IMG/VR virus record: IMGVR_UViG_3300021364_000016
Coordinates: 4,494 to 68,493 of that record
DNA: 64,000 nucleotides
Reading direction: 5' to 3' (one strand)
DNA from: a virus
In this document: positions 37,027 to 45,283 of the stretch, piece after piece
How positions within the stretch are numbered: the stretch's first letter is position 1
Layout: every line of letters begins with the position of its first letter
The notes under the pieces: model-generated
Databases searched by the model: none
Told to the model about the DNA's origin: nothing
What the model saw: only the letters and a program-made list of their open reading frames with translations
Program-made: the position numbers and the translations under genes

Positions 37027-38033
37027 TAGTCATCTCCAAACATTTGTTTAAATCTTTTTGTGTGTTTACTCGGTTTTGTTTTTGCTCGAGCATCTCCGGG
37101 TGCTTTTTTATAAGCGGCAGGATTATCATCGTCGTACTTACTATATTTCTTAAAATGTGCCTTTCTTTTATCTTTAGTTCCTTTTGAAAGACCTTTAAAA
37201 TAAGCAGACCGATCCTCTAATTGCTCAACAGCATCTAACCATTTTCTGTACGTACCATTTTTATTTTCAACAATTACATAATTACTTCCTAACTGTGTAA
37301 CTGTAACAATTTCGTTATTTTCTTTAATAACTACTTTATCTCCTACAGCATACAAGTTACCTTTAATATAATTTTCACGTACTTCAGAAACAGATTCTAA
37401 TTGTACATGATTCTTAAATTCTTTTTGTTCTTTTAATCCCATGCTTTTACGAACTTCATTATATAATTTTTTAGCATCAGCATTAGATAATGTTTTAGGT
37501 AGACCTTGAGAAAAAGATGTAAAGTCATTCTTCGAAGCAGCTGCTCTCATTTTAGATGCAGACATTCCTTCTGCTCCATCAGCATCTGGATCTCTTTCGC
37601 CTGCAGAGATAATAGTGATCTTAGAAAAATTATATAATCCGTGTCTAGCTTTTTCACCATTATACTTATTGAGAAGAACTTCAAATTCGTTTACACGATC
37701 TGATCCAACGACCATCGCGACATTTTTAAAACCTTCTTTATATAATTTTACAAGGGCATCAAAGACAGTTTTAACTTTTTTATCTGCCATAATTTGTCTT
37801 GCATGTTTTGGAAACATCTTACGAGCGTGTTTTACTTTACTTGCAAAATTAAGTGGATTCTTTTTCTTATCAGTTGATTGTGATAAGTAAACTCTATATG
37901 GATTTTGGCGAGAAGAAGATGCTAATTTATTTAGTAACTTTTCATGACCAATAGTAGGAGGGTTCATTCTACCAAATGTAAAATAAACGGTCTTCTCCTC
38001 TTCAACTAAGTAATTTTTAAACGAATTAATCAT
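37026..38033 (-). CDS. Cytidyltransferase-like (HIGH) nucleotidyltransferase
   Basis: FGRMNPPTIGH, KNPL, VVGSDR, SAG.RDPD, MSASKMR. Confidence 0.85.
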   Translation of the reverse strand: MINSFKNYLVEEEKTVYFTFGRMNPPTIGHEKLLNKLASSSRQNPYRVYLSQSTDKKKNPLNFASKVKHARKMFPKHARQIMADKKVKTVFDALVKLYKEGFKNVAMVVGSDRVNEFEVLLNKYNGEKARHGLYNFSKITIISAGERDPDADGAEGMSASKMRAAASKNDFTSFSQGLPKTLSNADAKKLYNEVRKSMGLKEQKEFKNHVQLESVSEVRENYIKGNLYAVGDKVVIKENNEIVTVTQLGSNYVIVENKNGTYRKWLDAVEQLEDRSAYFKGLSKGTKDKRKAHFKKYSKYDDDNPAAYKKAPGDARAKTKPSKHTKRFKQMFGDD

Positions 38034-38404
38034 TGTTTCTTTCTTGCGAATTCTTGTCTACGTTTTGCAGGGAGCATTCTTTTTTGCATGTAACCAATTC
38101 TAGTTTGCCAGGTATCGGTTGAAAGTCTTCTTTCAATCTCTTTTTTCTTTGCAACTGAGAGTTCTGATTTATTCTTACCTTGAGCTAATTTTTTGGCCAT
38201 CATTGCGCGAGATCCTCTACGTGCTCTTTTAGTAAGAACCTGTTTATTTGCGAGTCTGCGTCTTGCCCGAGCTCTTGCAAGCTTGAGTCTAGACTTTCGT
38301 CTTTTCATACTTCTGGCTAATTTACGTCTTCCTTGGATAGAAAGAACTTCGTCGAGATCTGACGACTCGAGTATAAATGTTGAGAAGCGAATAATATCCG
38401 CCAT
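38030..38404 (-). CDS. Very basic Arg/Lys-rich protein
   Basis: FSTFILE, then LDEVLS.QGRRKLAR.M.R. Confidence 0.6.
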   Translation of the reverse strand: MADIIRFSTFILESSDLDEVLSIQGRRKLARSMKRRKSRLKLARARARRRLANKQVLTKRARRGSRAMMAKKLAQGKNKSELSVAKKKEIERRLSTDTWQTRIGYMQKRMLPAKRRQEFARKKQ

Positions 38405-39630
38405 TAATTTCTCCCTGGTTTATCCCATCCTTTTAATATATTTGGTGAAAAGTTGGCATAGGAAAATTCTAACCTATCAACAATTTTCACCGCATCACCA
38501 CCAAGTCTATCGATAGCTACATATCCTTCTTGGCCTGTAACTTGATAGCCTCTTTTAGTTTTCAAAAAAGTCTTTGCATTATTAAGTTTGTTTAGTATAT
38601 TTATAAGTTTTAATTTCGCAAGAACAATTGTCTTTTGTAATTCAAACATCCTTTCTAAAGAATTTTTATTTTCTTTTGAAAAGAATTTTAGTAATTCATC
38701 TAACTTTTTTTGCTGGACCGCTTTGCCTTTTTCGGTGCTCCTTTTTTGGATTTCTTTTTTGTACTTACCTTCGATATAACGAATGAGCCCAACCACATGG
38801 CGACGCGTATCTTTAATAACTTCACCTTTACGTACAAAGGTATTATTATATGTCTCAATGGTTTGAGCAAGAGCTTTATTAGATTCCAAAGTGCGTAAGG
38901 TACTACCACTAATTTGGTTAAATATTTTCCCAGCTTTGCTAAGTAACTCATTAACTTCCTCCGTGTCTGTTTTAGTCATAGTAAATGCTGTCATGTCTCT
39001 TAACATTGCATCTTGAGACCAAACATTACTTGATTTTTTAAGTTTTGAAACATTAACTCCATAAGAAGCTTTCATTGTTTCAAAAGAATTTCCTTTATAA
39101 GTTGTATGCCAAACTATACCGATCTTGGTACTCTTAATTTCTTTGGCCGCTTGACTATTTGCAGGTACTGCATATACAATTGTATTAGGGTGAAAGGTAA
39201 CATAAGATTGTCCTTTAATCTTAGAGGTTTTAACATCTCCTGGACCATATAAAAAATCTCCTTGTATTACACCTTTTATCCCAAGATCGGGTAGATACTG
39301 TAAAGCGAGTTTAAGCTTTGTAGCAAGATCACCACTAGTATCAGCGTCGATATCTGCATTACTCTTGTATACCTTGGGCTCCTTATTGAAGATTCCTTTT
39401 TTAGCCACGAAGAATCTGCCATCACGTGGATCAGTCCCAGCAAACACAGCAGGAGCACCATCCCATTTAACACTAACATTACCATCTTTCACTCCTCCTA
39501 ACATATCTCTTAAGGATCTGAGAGCCATTATTGCCTGTCGAGTTCCGTCAACTCCACCGTAGATTACTTTATCCTCGATGTGAGTCATGTGCGTATTCTT
39601 TTGTTCGGTTATAAACTCTTTAAAATTCAT
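38404..39630 (-). CDS. Conserved marine-myophage protein (DUF6267-like)
   Basis: MNFKEFITE, KNTHMTHIED, KWDGAPA, QGDFL, F.PNTI.Y, EGYV, KIVDRLEFS. Confidence 0.7.
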   Translation of the reverse strand: MNFKEFITEQKNTHMTHIEDKVIYGGVDGTRQAIMALRSLRDMLGGVKDGNVSVKWDGAPAVFAGTDPRDGRFFVAKKGIFNKEPKVYKSNADIDADTSGDLATKLKLALQYLPDLGIKGVIQGDFLYGPGDVKTSKIKGQSYVTFHPNTIVYAVPANSQAAKEIKSTKIGIVWHTTYKGNSFETMKASYGVNVSKLKKSSNVWSQDAMLRDMTAFTMTKTDTEEVNELLSKAGKIFNQISGSTLRTLESNKALAQTIETYNNTFVRKGEVIKDTRRHVVGLIRYIEGKYKKEIQKRSTEKGKAVQQKKLDELLKFFSKENKNSLERMFELQKTIVLAKLKLINILNKLNNAKTFLKTKRGYQVTGQEGYVAIDRLGGDAVKIVDRLEFSYANFSPNILKGWDKPGRN

Positions 39631-40448
39631 TATATTTTCACTCTAGGTTTAATTGTTCCTTGTGTTACTACATCAATTGAGATATCTGATAATGAAGGAG
39701 TCTTAATTGCAGCGACTTCTCCTGATCTCGCAGCTGGTGTAGTATTCACCATAAAGATAATTGGATTTTTTCCTAAATATTTACTAGCAGCTTTTGCATA
39801 TGGAGTTTCAACTTCTTTCTTCCATCTTGCTGCTAATTTACGATCAGCCATAATTGCTTTAATTTGAGCTCCATTAACACCAGTCTTTTCTTTACCTTTA
39901 GCAGCAATTTTTGGATCGGCATCTCTTATTTCTAAAGCAGCTTTTACCATATTTGCAAGTGGTACAGTACCACCTAACTTAAATCCAATAATTTCTTTTC
40001 CGCCAAATTCGCCAGGTAAATTACCAGCTTTTACTTCATAATTTTTTCCATCAACTACAATGTCAACTCCAGCACTTGAACCTCCACCTAAATGCGCTTT
40101 ATCTAATAAAAAGAATAAGGTTGCTTCTGCCGGGCCAACGCCTTTTAGATTGTAGGTATGTAGATTTTTAAAATTCTTAGCATTAATACTTTTCAGTTTC
40201 TTTATCAAGTTGTTTAATTTGTTAGGTGTAGGTTGACCTGAAATAGTAGTATCTAAATCAAATGACGGAAACATATGTGTTCTAAATAAATGTTGTATTT
40301 CTTTTTTATACTTCAAAGAAGTAAAGTCATTAGATGATAGATTGAAAGATGTTACCTTTTGAGCTCGTTTTAAAAAATCAGCATCTAAATCTGATACGTT
40401 TGCTGCAGCCATTTCTTCAAGCTTAAAAAATGTTTTAAATTTCTGCAT
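39630..40448 (-). CDS. Hypothetical protein with possible PD-(D/E)XK motif
   Basis: MQKFKTFFKLEE; G.GPAE ... D ... YEVK. Confidence 0.55.
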   Translation of the reverse strand: MQKFKTFFKLEEMAAANVSDLDADFLKRAQKVTSFNLSSNDFTSLKYKKEIQHLFRTHMFPSFDLDTTISGQPTPNKLNNLIKKLKSINAKNFKNLHTYNLKGVGPAEATLFFLLDKAHLGGGSSAGVDIVVDGKNYEVKAGNLPGEFGGKEIIGFKLGGTVPLANMVKAALEIRDADPKIAAKGKEKTGVNGAQIKAIMADRKLAARWKKEVETPYAKAASKYLGKNPIIFMVNTTPAARSGEVAAIKTPSLSDISIDVVTQGTIKPRVKI

Positions 40449-40482
40449 AAGAAAAACTCCAGTCTATAAGTTTATATTAATC

Positions 40483-40490
40483 TATTTATA
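40483..40490 (-). promoter_or_regulatory. T4 late promoter heading the internal-protein block
   Basis: TATAAATA on the - strand. Confidence 0.75.
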
Positions 40491-40503
40491 AGTTTTTGTA
40501 AAC

Positions 40504-40532
40504 AAAAAAAGCGCCGAAAAGACGCTTTTTTT
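40504..40532 (-). terminator. Intrinsic terminator after the tRNA
   Basis: A7-GCG..loop..CGC-T7 symmetric hairpin. Confidence 0.6.
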
Positions 40533-40545
40533 ATAAATACATATT

Positions 40546-40634
40546 TGGCTCTGGAGGGTGGACTCGAACCACCACGTCTCGCTCAAGACAATAGGGAAAC
40601 AACCTATCGCGTCTACCTTTTCCGCCACTCCAGA
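40546..40634 (-). tRNA. Atypical type II (long variable arm) tRNA with GTT (Asn) anticodon
   Basis: TCTGGAG/CTCCAGA acceptor, G73-CCA, D arm GCG-GAAAAGGTAGA-CGC, ATAGG-TTGTTTC-CCTAT, variable stem GTCTT-GAGC-GAGAC, GGTGG-TTCGAGT-CCACC. Confidence 0.9.
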
Positions 40635-40638
40635 TTAA

Positions 40639-41454
40639 TTATTTTTTGTCTAAAGCAGCAATCATTCTTGTCATGCCGATTCCACCGCCGACCCGTGGAA
40701 AGAAATCAAATTTTAAGAATTCTTCGAGCTCTGCTTCTACTCTTTCTTTACCGAATAAATCAAATAATAATTTAGAATATGCTCCATCAGTAATCGTGTG
40801 AAACGTATCTCTCATTTGTTCTACGTCTGTAGATCTTTCTGCTGAACCAATTGTTTCCATACCACCGAGTATTACATCAATTTTCTTCGAAGTATCTACG
40901 GTTGGATTTCTACTCATATTCCAGAATGGACTTGTAAATTCAGGAAAATCTGTAATCATACAACTTCCAAATTTATCATACATAGCATTTTCATGTTCAG
41001 CTGTTAATTCACCTTCAACATTAAAATGTACTTGCCATCCACCATATGTCATTTCTGTAATTACACCAAATCCTAAATATTCGCATAATTCATATTCCAT
41101 TGCTTTGAGATCTTCGATAGTTCCAGGAAACTCAAACTCAAACATTGGAAATATAATATCATGTCTTCCAGGTATTGCATTCGGTTCTTGTCTATACGAG
41201 GTTGAGACACAAAAAAAGCCCTTTGATTCGGGCGCTGAAAGTAATTCGTGTTCTAACCACATCTGACCTGTTTGAGGTAATGGCCAAACTTGACCTGCAT
41301 AATTGTATGTTGCCACATTAAAAGGATCTTCACAAGCAGCTAATATACTCAATCTATTTTGAGTATGAACTTCTAGAAAGCCTTTGTCTAAAAAAAATGA
41401 CCTTAAAAGGCCAACTGTATCTGTAAATTTTTTGGGTGGTATTAGTTGCGTCAT
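40639..41454 (-). CDS. Class II aaRS (Asp/Asn/Lys) catalytic-domain-only paralog (AsnRS2/AsnA-like)
   Basis: Motif 1 LRSFFLDKGFLEVHT, motif 2 SYRQE...RH..FPMFEFE, E.IGS.ER, motif 3 GGGIGMTR; 271 aa with no N-terminal OB-fold. Confidence 0.85.
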   Translation of the reverse strand: MTQLIPPKKFTDTVGLLRSFFLDKGFLEVHTQNRLSILAACEDPFNVATYNYAGQVWPLPQTGQMWLEHELLSAPESKGFFCVSTSYRQEPNAIPGRHDIIFPMFEFEFPGTIEDLKAMEYELCEYLGFGVITEMTYGGWQVHFNVEGELTAEHENAMYDKFGSCMITDFPEFTSPFWNMSRNPTVDTSKKIDVILGGMETIGSAERSTDVEQMRDTFHTITDGAYSKLLFDLFGKERVEAELEEFLKFDFFPRVGGGIGMTRMIAALDKK

Positions 41455-41484
41455 GATAACTCCAAGTAAACGTTTAAATCCTTT

Positions 41485-41492
41485 TATTTATA
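41485..41492 (-). promoter_or_regulatory. T4 late promoter for the aaRS-like/tRNA unit
   Basis: TATAAATA on the - strand, 30 nt upstream of the ATG. Confidence 0.75.
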
Positions 41493-41520
41493 CAAGAAGA
41501 GAGCCGAAACTCTCTTCTTG
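41493..41520 (-). terminator. Hairpin/terminator after pstS
   Basis: CAAGAAGAGAG/CTCTCTTCTTG inverted repeat. Confidence 0.6.
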
Positions 41521-41531
41521 ATAAAATTATT

Positions 41532-42557
41532 TTACTTTAAATCAGCAGCAGTTAATTTTGGAAGATTTTCCATTCTGGAAATCATTTCTGCTTTTTCAGC
41601 ATCTGGTAATGGAATCATACCGGCGTCAGATAACGCACCTTCATCGTCCCAATGCTTTGTCCATTCTTTCATGTAACCTTCAATGCCAGGTACTACACCA
41701 ATATGATTATGTTTAACATAAAAATAAAGTGCTCTTGAAACAGAATATGAACCATCTGCAATAGATTCGAATTTTGGTTCTGTACCATCAATCACAGCTC
41801 CACTTAAAATATCTGAATTTTGATCCAGATATGAAAAGCCAAAGATGCCATATGATTCAGGATCATCTTGCAGCTTTTGAACAATCAAATTATCTTGTTC
41901 ACCTGCCTCAATATAGGCTCCATCTGTACGCATTGCACGACAAACTTTTGACTTTGCTCCAGCGGCTTTCAGTGCTGCCTTTGCTGCAGGATCCTTTTTA
42001 CAGTATCCTTTTTCATTTACCATTTCAACGAAGGACGCTCTAGTACCAGAAGTGGTTGGAGGACCCATGACTCTAATTTTAAGATTTGGAAGACTTGGAT
42101 CAATCTGATTCCAATGTGTATATGGGTTATCAATCCAATTTCCGTTTTCATCTGGAACTTTAGCAGTTAATGCTTTACCGAGATTTAATTTTGAAATATT
42201 AAGTGGTGTACCTTTTTTGGAATAGGCAACCACAATGCCATCGTATCCAACTTTAATTTCTGTAATATCAACTTGATTTTTATTGCAGTATTCTAGTTCT
42301 TTTACTTTCATTCTTGATGATGCATTTCCGATGTCAATAAATTGTACACCGGTACCATCACATACACCTTTTTTACCAACCGAAGAACCACCAGATTCTA
42401 CGATAGGAGTTTTATTACTTGGTAGTCTACCAAACTGTTCTGCCACAATTGTAGCAAATGGTAGTACTGTTGACGATCCTGCGATCGACATATAATCTCT
42501 TGCCTGTGCAGTTGAGGCCACGACAACAAGAGCAGCGGTTAAAATTAATTTTTTCAT
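41532..42557 (-). CDS. pstS: Phosphate ABC transporter substrate-binding protein
   Basis: Signal peptide, AGSSTV.P, GGSS.G, ASSR.K..E, GPP.TSGTR, Y..SR.LY.Y; start at MKKLIL. Confidence 0.92.
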   Translation of the reverse strand: MKKLILTAALVVVASTAQARDYMSIAGSSTVLPFATIVAEQFGRLPSNKTPIVESGGSSVGKKGVCDGTGVQFIDIGNASSRMKVKELEYCNKNQVDITEIKVGYDGIVVAYSKKGTPLNISKLNLGKALTAKVPDENGNWIDNPYTHWNQIDPSLPNLKIRVMGPPTTSGTRASFVEMVNEKGYCKKDPAAKAALKAAGAKSKVCRAMRTDGAYIEAGEQDNLIVQKLQDDPESYGIFGFSYLDQNSDILSGAVIDGTEPKFESIADGSYSVSRALYFYVKHNHIGVVPGIEGYMKEWTKHWDDEGALSDAGMIPLPDAEKAEMISRMENLPKLTAADLK

Positions 42558-42614
42558 CTTACGTCCTTTTCTAAAATGGTTAACGAGAACTCGTCTCAAC
42601 ATAAGTTCTCGTTT

Positions 42615-42660
42615 TATTTATAGTTTACAGTGTAAAAGAAATGTTACGGTTTTATTAAGA
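42615..42660 (-). promoter_or_regulatory. Pho-box-like 11-bp repeats plus late promoter upstream of pstS
   Basis: TCTTAAT-AAAA-CCGTAAC-ATTT-CTTTTAC, then TATAAATA (42615-42622). Confidence 0.5.
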
Positions 42661-42828
42661 ATATTTTCTTGATTGGGAATTTTTCCTGTTGTAATCTCTT
42701 AAAGCTCGTTGACGCCTTTTAGCTACTTCAGTAGGATGATAAGCTCTCCAAAAATGTTCCCATCCTTTTACTTTATTTTCTTTTGCCCATTCGGCGAGCA
42801 TATCTGGTTTATGTTTTCTCAATTTCAT
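42655..42828 (-). CDS. Small basic hypothetical (57 aa)
   Basis: Not in ORF track: MKLRKHKPDMLAEWAKENKVKGWE... Confidence 0.45.
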   Translation of the reverse strand: MKLRKHKPDMLAEWAKENKVKGWEHFWRAYHPTEVAKRRQRALRDYNRKNSQSRKYS

Positions 42829-43078
42829 ATCCTTTCACATTTTCCCAACGAAAACTTCTCCATCCACCATCATCAATACTCCAAACAGCTTGATGCGGTT
42901 TTGTTTTAGTAGTCGCTAGTTCTTTTTTCATTTGACTTGGATCAATCTCACCTGGAACGATGTCGTTAATCAAAGTGCATTTCATTACTCTTTCTTCACC
43001 ATTAACTTTTTCAAAAGTAATAGTTACTACGTTCTCAGTAAGTAGATCAATCATCAATTCTTTATCTAATACTACCAT
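42809..43078 (-). CDS. SH3-like beta-barrel (WYL_2-like) protein
   Basis: TITFEKVNGEERVMKCTL ... WSIDDGGWRSFRWENV. Confidence 0.75.
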   Translation of the reverse strand: MVVLDKELMIDLLTENVVTITFEKVNGEERVMKCTLINDIVPGEIDPSQMKKELATTKTKPHQAVWSIDDGGWRSFRWENVKGYEIEKT

Positions 43079-43527
43079 TATTTTTTAAACCTCACAGTGT
43101 ATGATTTACCTTCATAGGTAAAAGTAATTATTGAATGAGAATAAACAGTTTGTTCAGTTTCTTTGTAGCGAGTTTCTTGTGTGCAAACTGTACGAGTTCC
43201 ACCTTGAGCATCACTGTTAGAATGACCTAACATTCCTCCAATAAGTGCGCCGATGGTTCCACCGTTCTCTTCGCCTTTAATATTATTACCAATCACTCCG
43301 CCGATAATAGCACCTTTTAAGGTATCGGCTGTTTTATCTCCTGATGTTGTTTGATTTCTACAAACTTCAACTCGATAAGGTGATGAGTTAATTACTGTTT
43401 TATAATGATCTTTTACAACAGCAGTATGAGGTTGAGTCGCATTTGCATCAGTAGCATTCACTACGCTTAAAACTAATGCAGATGCTAACATACCCCAGAA
43501 AAGAAAGTCTTTTGTCTTTTCATTCAT
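43078..43527 (-). CDS. Glycine-zipper 2TM secreted protein
   Basis: Signal peptide; GAIIGGVIGNNI...GALIGGMLG. Confidence 0.7.
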   Translation of the reverse strand: MNEKTKDFLFWGMLASALVLSVVNATDANATQPHTAVVKDHYKTVINSSPYRVEVCRNQTTSGDKTADTLKGAIIGGVIGNNIKGEENGGTIGALIGGMLGHSNSDAQGGTRTVCTQETRYKETEQTVYSHSIITFTYEGKSYTVRFKK

Positions 43528-43736
43528 GTATTGATCTCCTTTAATTGATCTACTAAACTCTTTGCGTCCTTCGGACTATTTATCAAATGCTTCCTTGCTT
43601 CATAAAGCCGTTCAAGCCTGTTCTTTACAGATTTAGCTTTTTTAGGAACTCTTTCAAGGTTTTTGATTTCTCTTTCAACCTGTTCGAGACCAAGGCCCAT
43701 GGCCTTGGTATCTCTGTGTACGGACCTTGGATACAT
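43524..43736 (-). CDS. Early hypothetical protein
   Basis: TAATG coupling; GGAGG SD. Confidence 0.55.
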   Translation of the reverse strand: MYPRSVHRDTKAMGLGLEQVEREIKNLERVPKKAKSVKNRLERLYEARKHLINSPKDAKSLVDQLKEINT

Positions 43737-44692
43737 TATGCAGCCTCCGCAAATTCCACCGCAGTCTTAAGAGCATCTCTCTTACGTACTTGATTTCCAC
43801 CGAACCAAGAAGAATAAAGACGATTATCTTCGTTTCTACCTTGCATGTGGTCAGTAACATAAGTCACTGAGTTAAATGCCTGCCACCAAGAACCTTCAGC
43901 GAACTTAGCACCGGGTTGTTGCTCAAGTGCGTCGTATGCAGCTTTTGCGTTACGTGATAGAGTATCAACACCAAGAGCTTGGTTTTGTACACGCTTATCT
44001 GAAGTACGTGGCCAAACTGTGTTGTAGTACTCAATCAACTTATCCATAGAGAACCTCTTAGAACCAAGAAATTCTGCCATTTCTTTATAAGTATTGAGCT
44101 TTTCAGCGGCGATACCAAGAGCTTGCTTTACTTCACTTGGATCGAACGGTACACGGTGGCCAACTTTGACCGCACGATTTGCGTTTTGTCCGAGTGACAA
44201 TGTGAGCGTATTATTACATACAACTCGAATTGGCGTAAAGCGCACATCAATCGATTTACCGTATTGATGTGGGTTTGAAAAGAGGAGATACGACTCAACG
44301 GTATCGCCACCGAAAAGATCAAAGGCTTCGGAAACTTTTGCCAAAGCCCAAACCATTTGTCCATCTTTTAGAGAACCAGCAGTATGCATTTCCATATTGC
44401 CAGATAGAACGAATTCGTTAAAGAATTCAAATGCTGTTTCGTTCTGTACAGGATTCCAATCTGCACCAACATTTGTAAGAATTTTTGCATCAGTATTTCT
44501 AACTAATGACTTTTGACCAGTAGGAATTTGCTTTCCATCGAAGTTAATGTAAGATTCAACTTCTTTGACTTCCCAATCCAAACCAGCTTTTTGCATCATC
44601 TGAACAGGCGTCAGATCATTCGATACAGGTACTCCAAGGCCATGCCAAGGAACTTCACCTGCATAAGCCATTGTTTCAACCATATGTGCCAT
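43736..44692 (-). CDS. DUF932 family protein
   Basis: MAH.VETM.Y....PWHGLG, AGLDW.V, PVQN..AF.F, TAGSL..G, TPIRVVCNNTL. Confidence 0.85.
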   Translation of the reverse strand: MAHMVETMAYAGEVPWHGLGVPVSNDLTPVQMMQKAGLDWEVKEVESYINFDGKQIPTGQKSLVRNTDAKILTNVGADWNPVQNETAFEFFNEFVLSGNMEMHTAGSLKDGQMVWALAKVSEAFDLFGGDTVESYLLFSNPHQYGKSIDVRFTPIRVVCNNTLTLSLGQNANRAVKVGHRVPFDPSEVKQALGIAAEKLNTYKEMAEFLGSKRFSMDKLIEYYNTVWPRTSDKRVQNQALGVDTLSRNAKAAYDALEQQPGAKFAEGSWWQAFNSVTYVTDHMQGRNEDNRLYSSWFGGNQVRKRDALKTAVEFAEAA

Positions 44693-44790
44693 AATGTATT
44701 ACCTCTCTGTCTGTTTTCATTTTATAAGTATATTATACATCAACTCTATTCATTTGTAAACAAAAAAATGCATTTAATTTAAAAAAATTT
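44693..44790 (-). promoter_or_regulatory. Early promoter cassette copy 6
   Basis: TTTACA(44755-44760)-17-TATAAT(44732-44737); GAGAGG SD. Confidence 0.85.
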
Positions 44791-44899
44791 GTCAATCAAT
44801 GCTATGATAACTTCATAAGTACCATATGCAAATAAACAAAACAGAACGAATTTTAGGAACTTATTCATTCCATCGTCAGCCATGACTTCCCAATGTGGT

Positions 44900-45274
44900 C
44901 TACTCATGTTCACCTCCAGGATCATTCTTATCTAAAACTACCTTCTCACCATTAATCCACATATGTTGTCTAGCTCTTGGAAAGCTATGATAACCATTGT
45001 CTTTAAGAAAAAAATTAGGATTTCTTTTTGCCGTTTCAAACGTTGCAACAGTAATTACAACCGCAGTTAAAAACAAAGCATGCGCAATCATTGAAGCTCC
45101 CATTACCCAGAAACTTCCGACATACATTGAAAATACAATACACCACATCCATGCTAGAACCTGTAATACCATATGCCTAACATGTAAATCCGGAATGTGC
45201 CTTAAAGGATTGATGTCAGCATTCATAACACCATTCCACGAATCATAAATAAAACTTCTCATATATATCTCCAT
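44900..45274 (-). CDS. Membrane hypothetical protein
   Basis: NPLRHIPD...RH..LQ.LAWMWC; two TM segments. Confidence 0.65.
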   Translation of the reverse strand: MEIYMRSFIYDSWNGVMNADINPLRHIPDLHVRHMVLQVLAWMWCIVFSMYVGSFWVMGASMIAHALFLTAVVITVATFETAKRNPNFFLKDNGYHSFPRARQHMWINGEKVVLDKNDPGGEHE

Positions 45275-45283
45275 AAAAAATTA

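Noticed and set aside
40546-40634. The atypical tRNA as a stop suppressor, tRNA-Sec or degenerate pseudogene
   Set aside because: The anticodon is GUU, the acceptor/T stems are canonical 7/5, all stems pair and CCA is encoded; genes show no in-frame stops suggesting recoding
40545-40775. + strand 76-aa ORF after the TATAAATA at 40532
   Set aside because: TTG start with no SD; it is the antisense of the tRNA (LEGGLEPPR is a typical tRNA shadow) and of the synthetase-like gene
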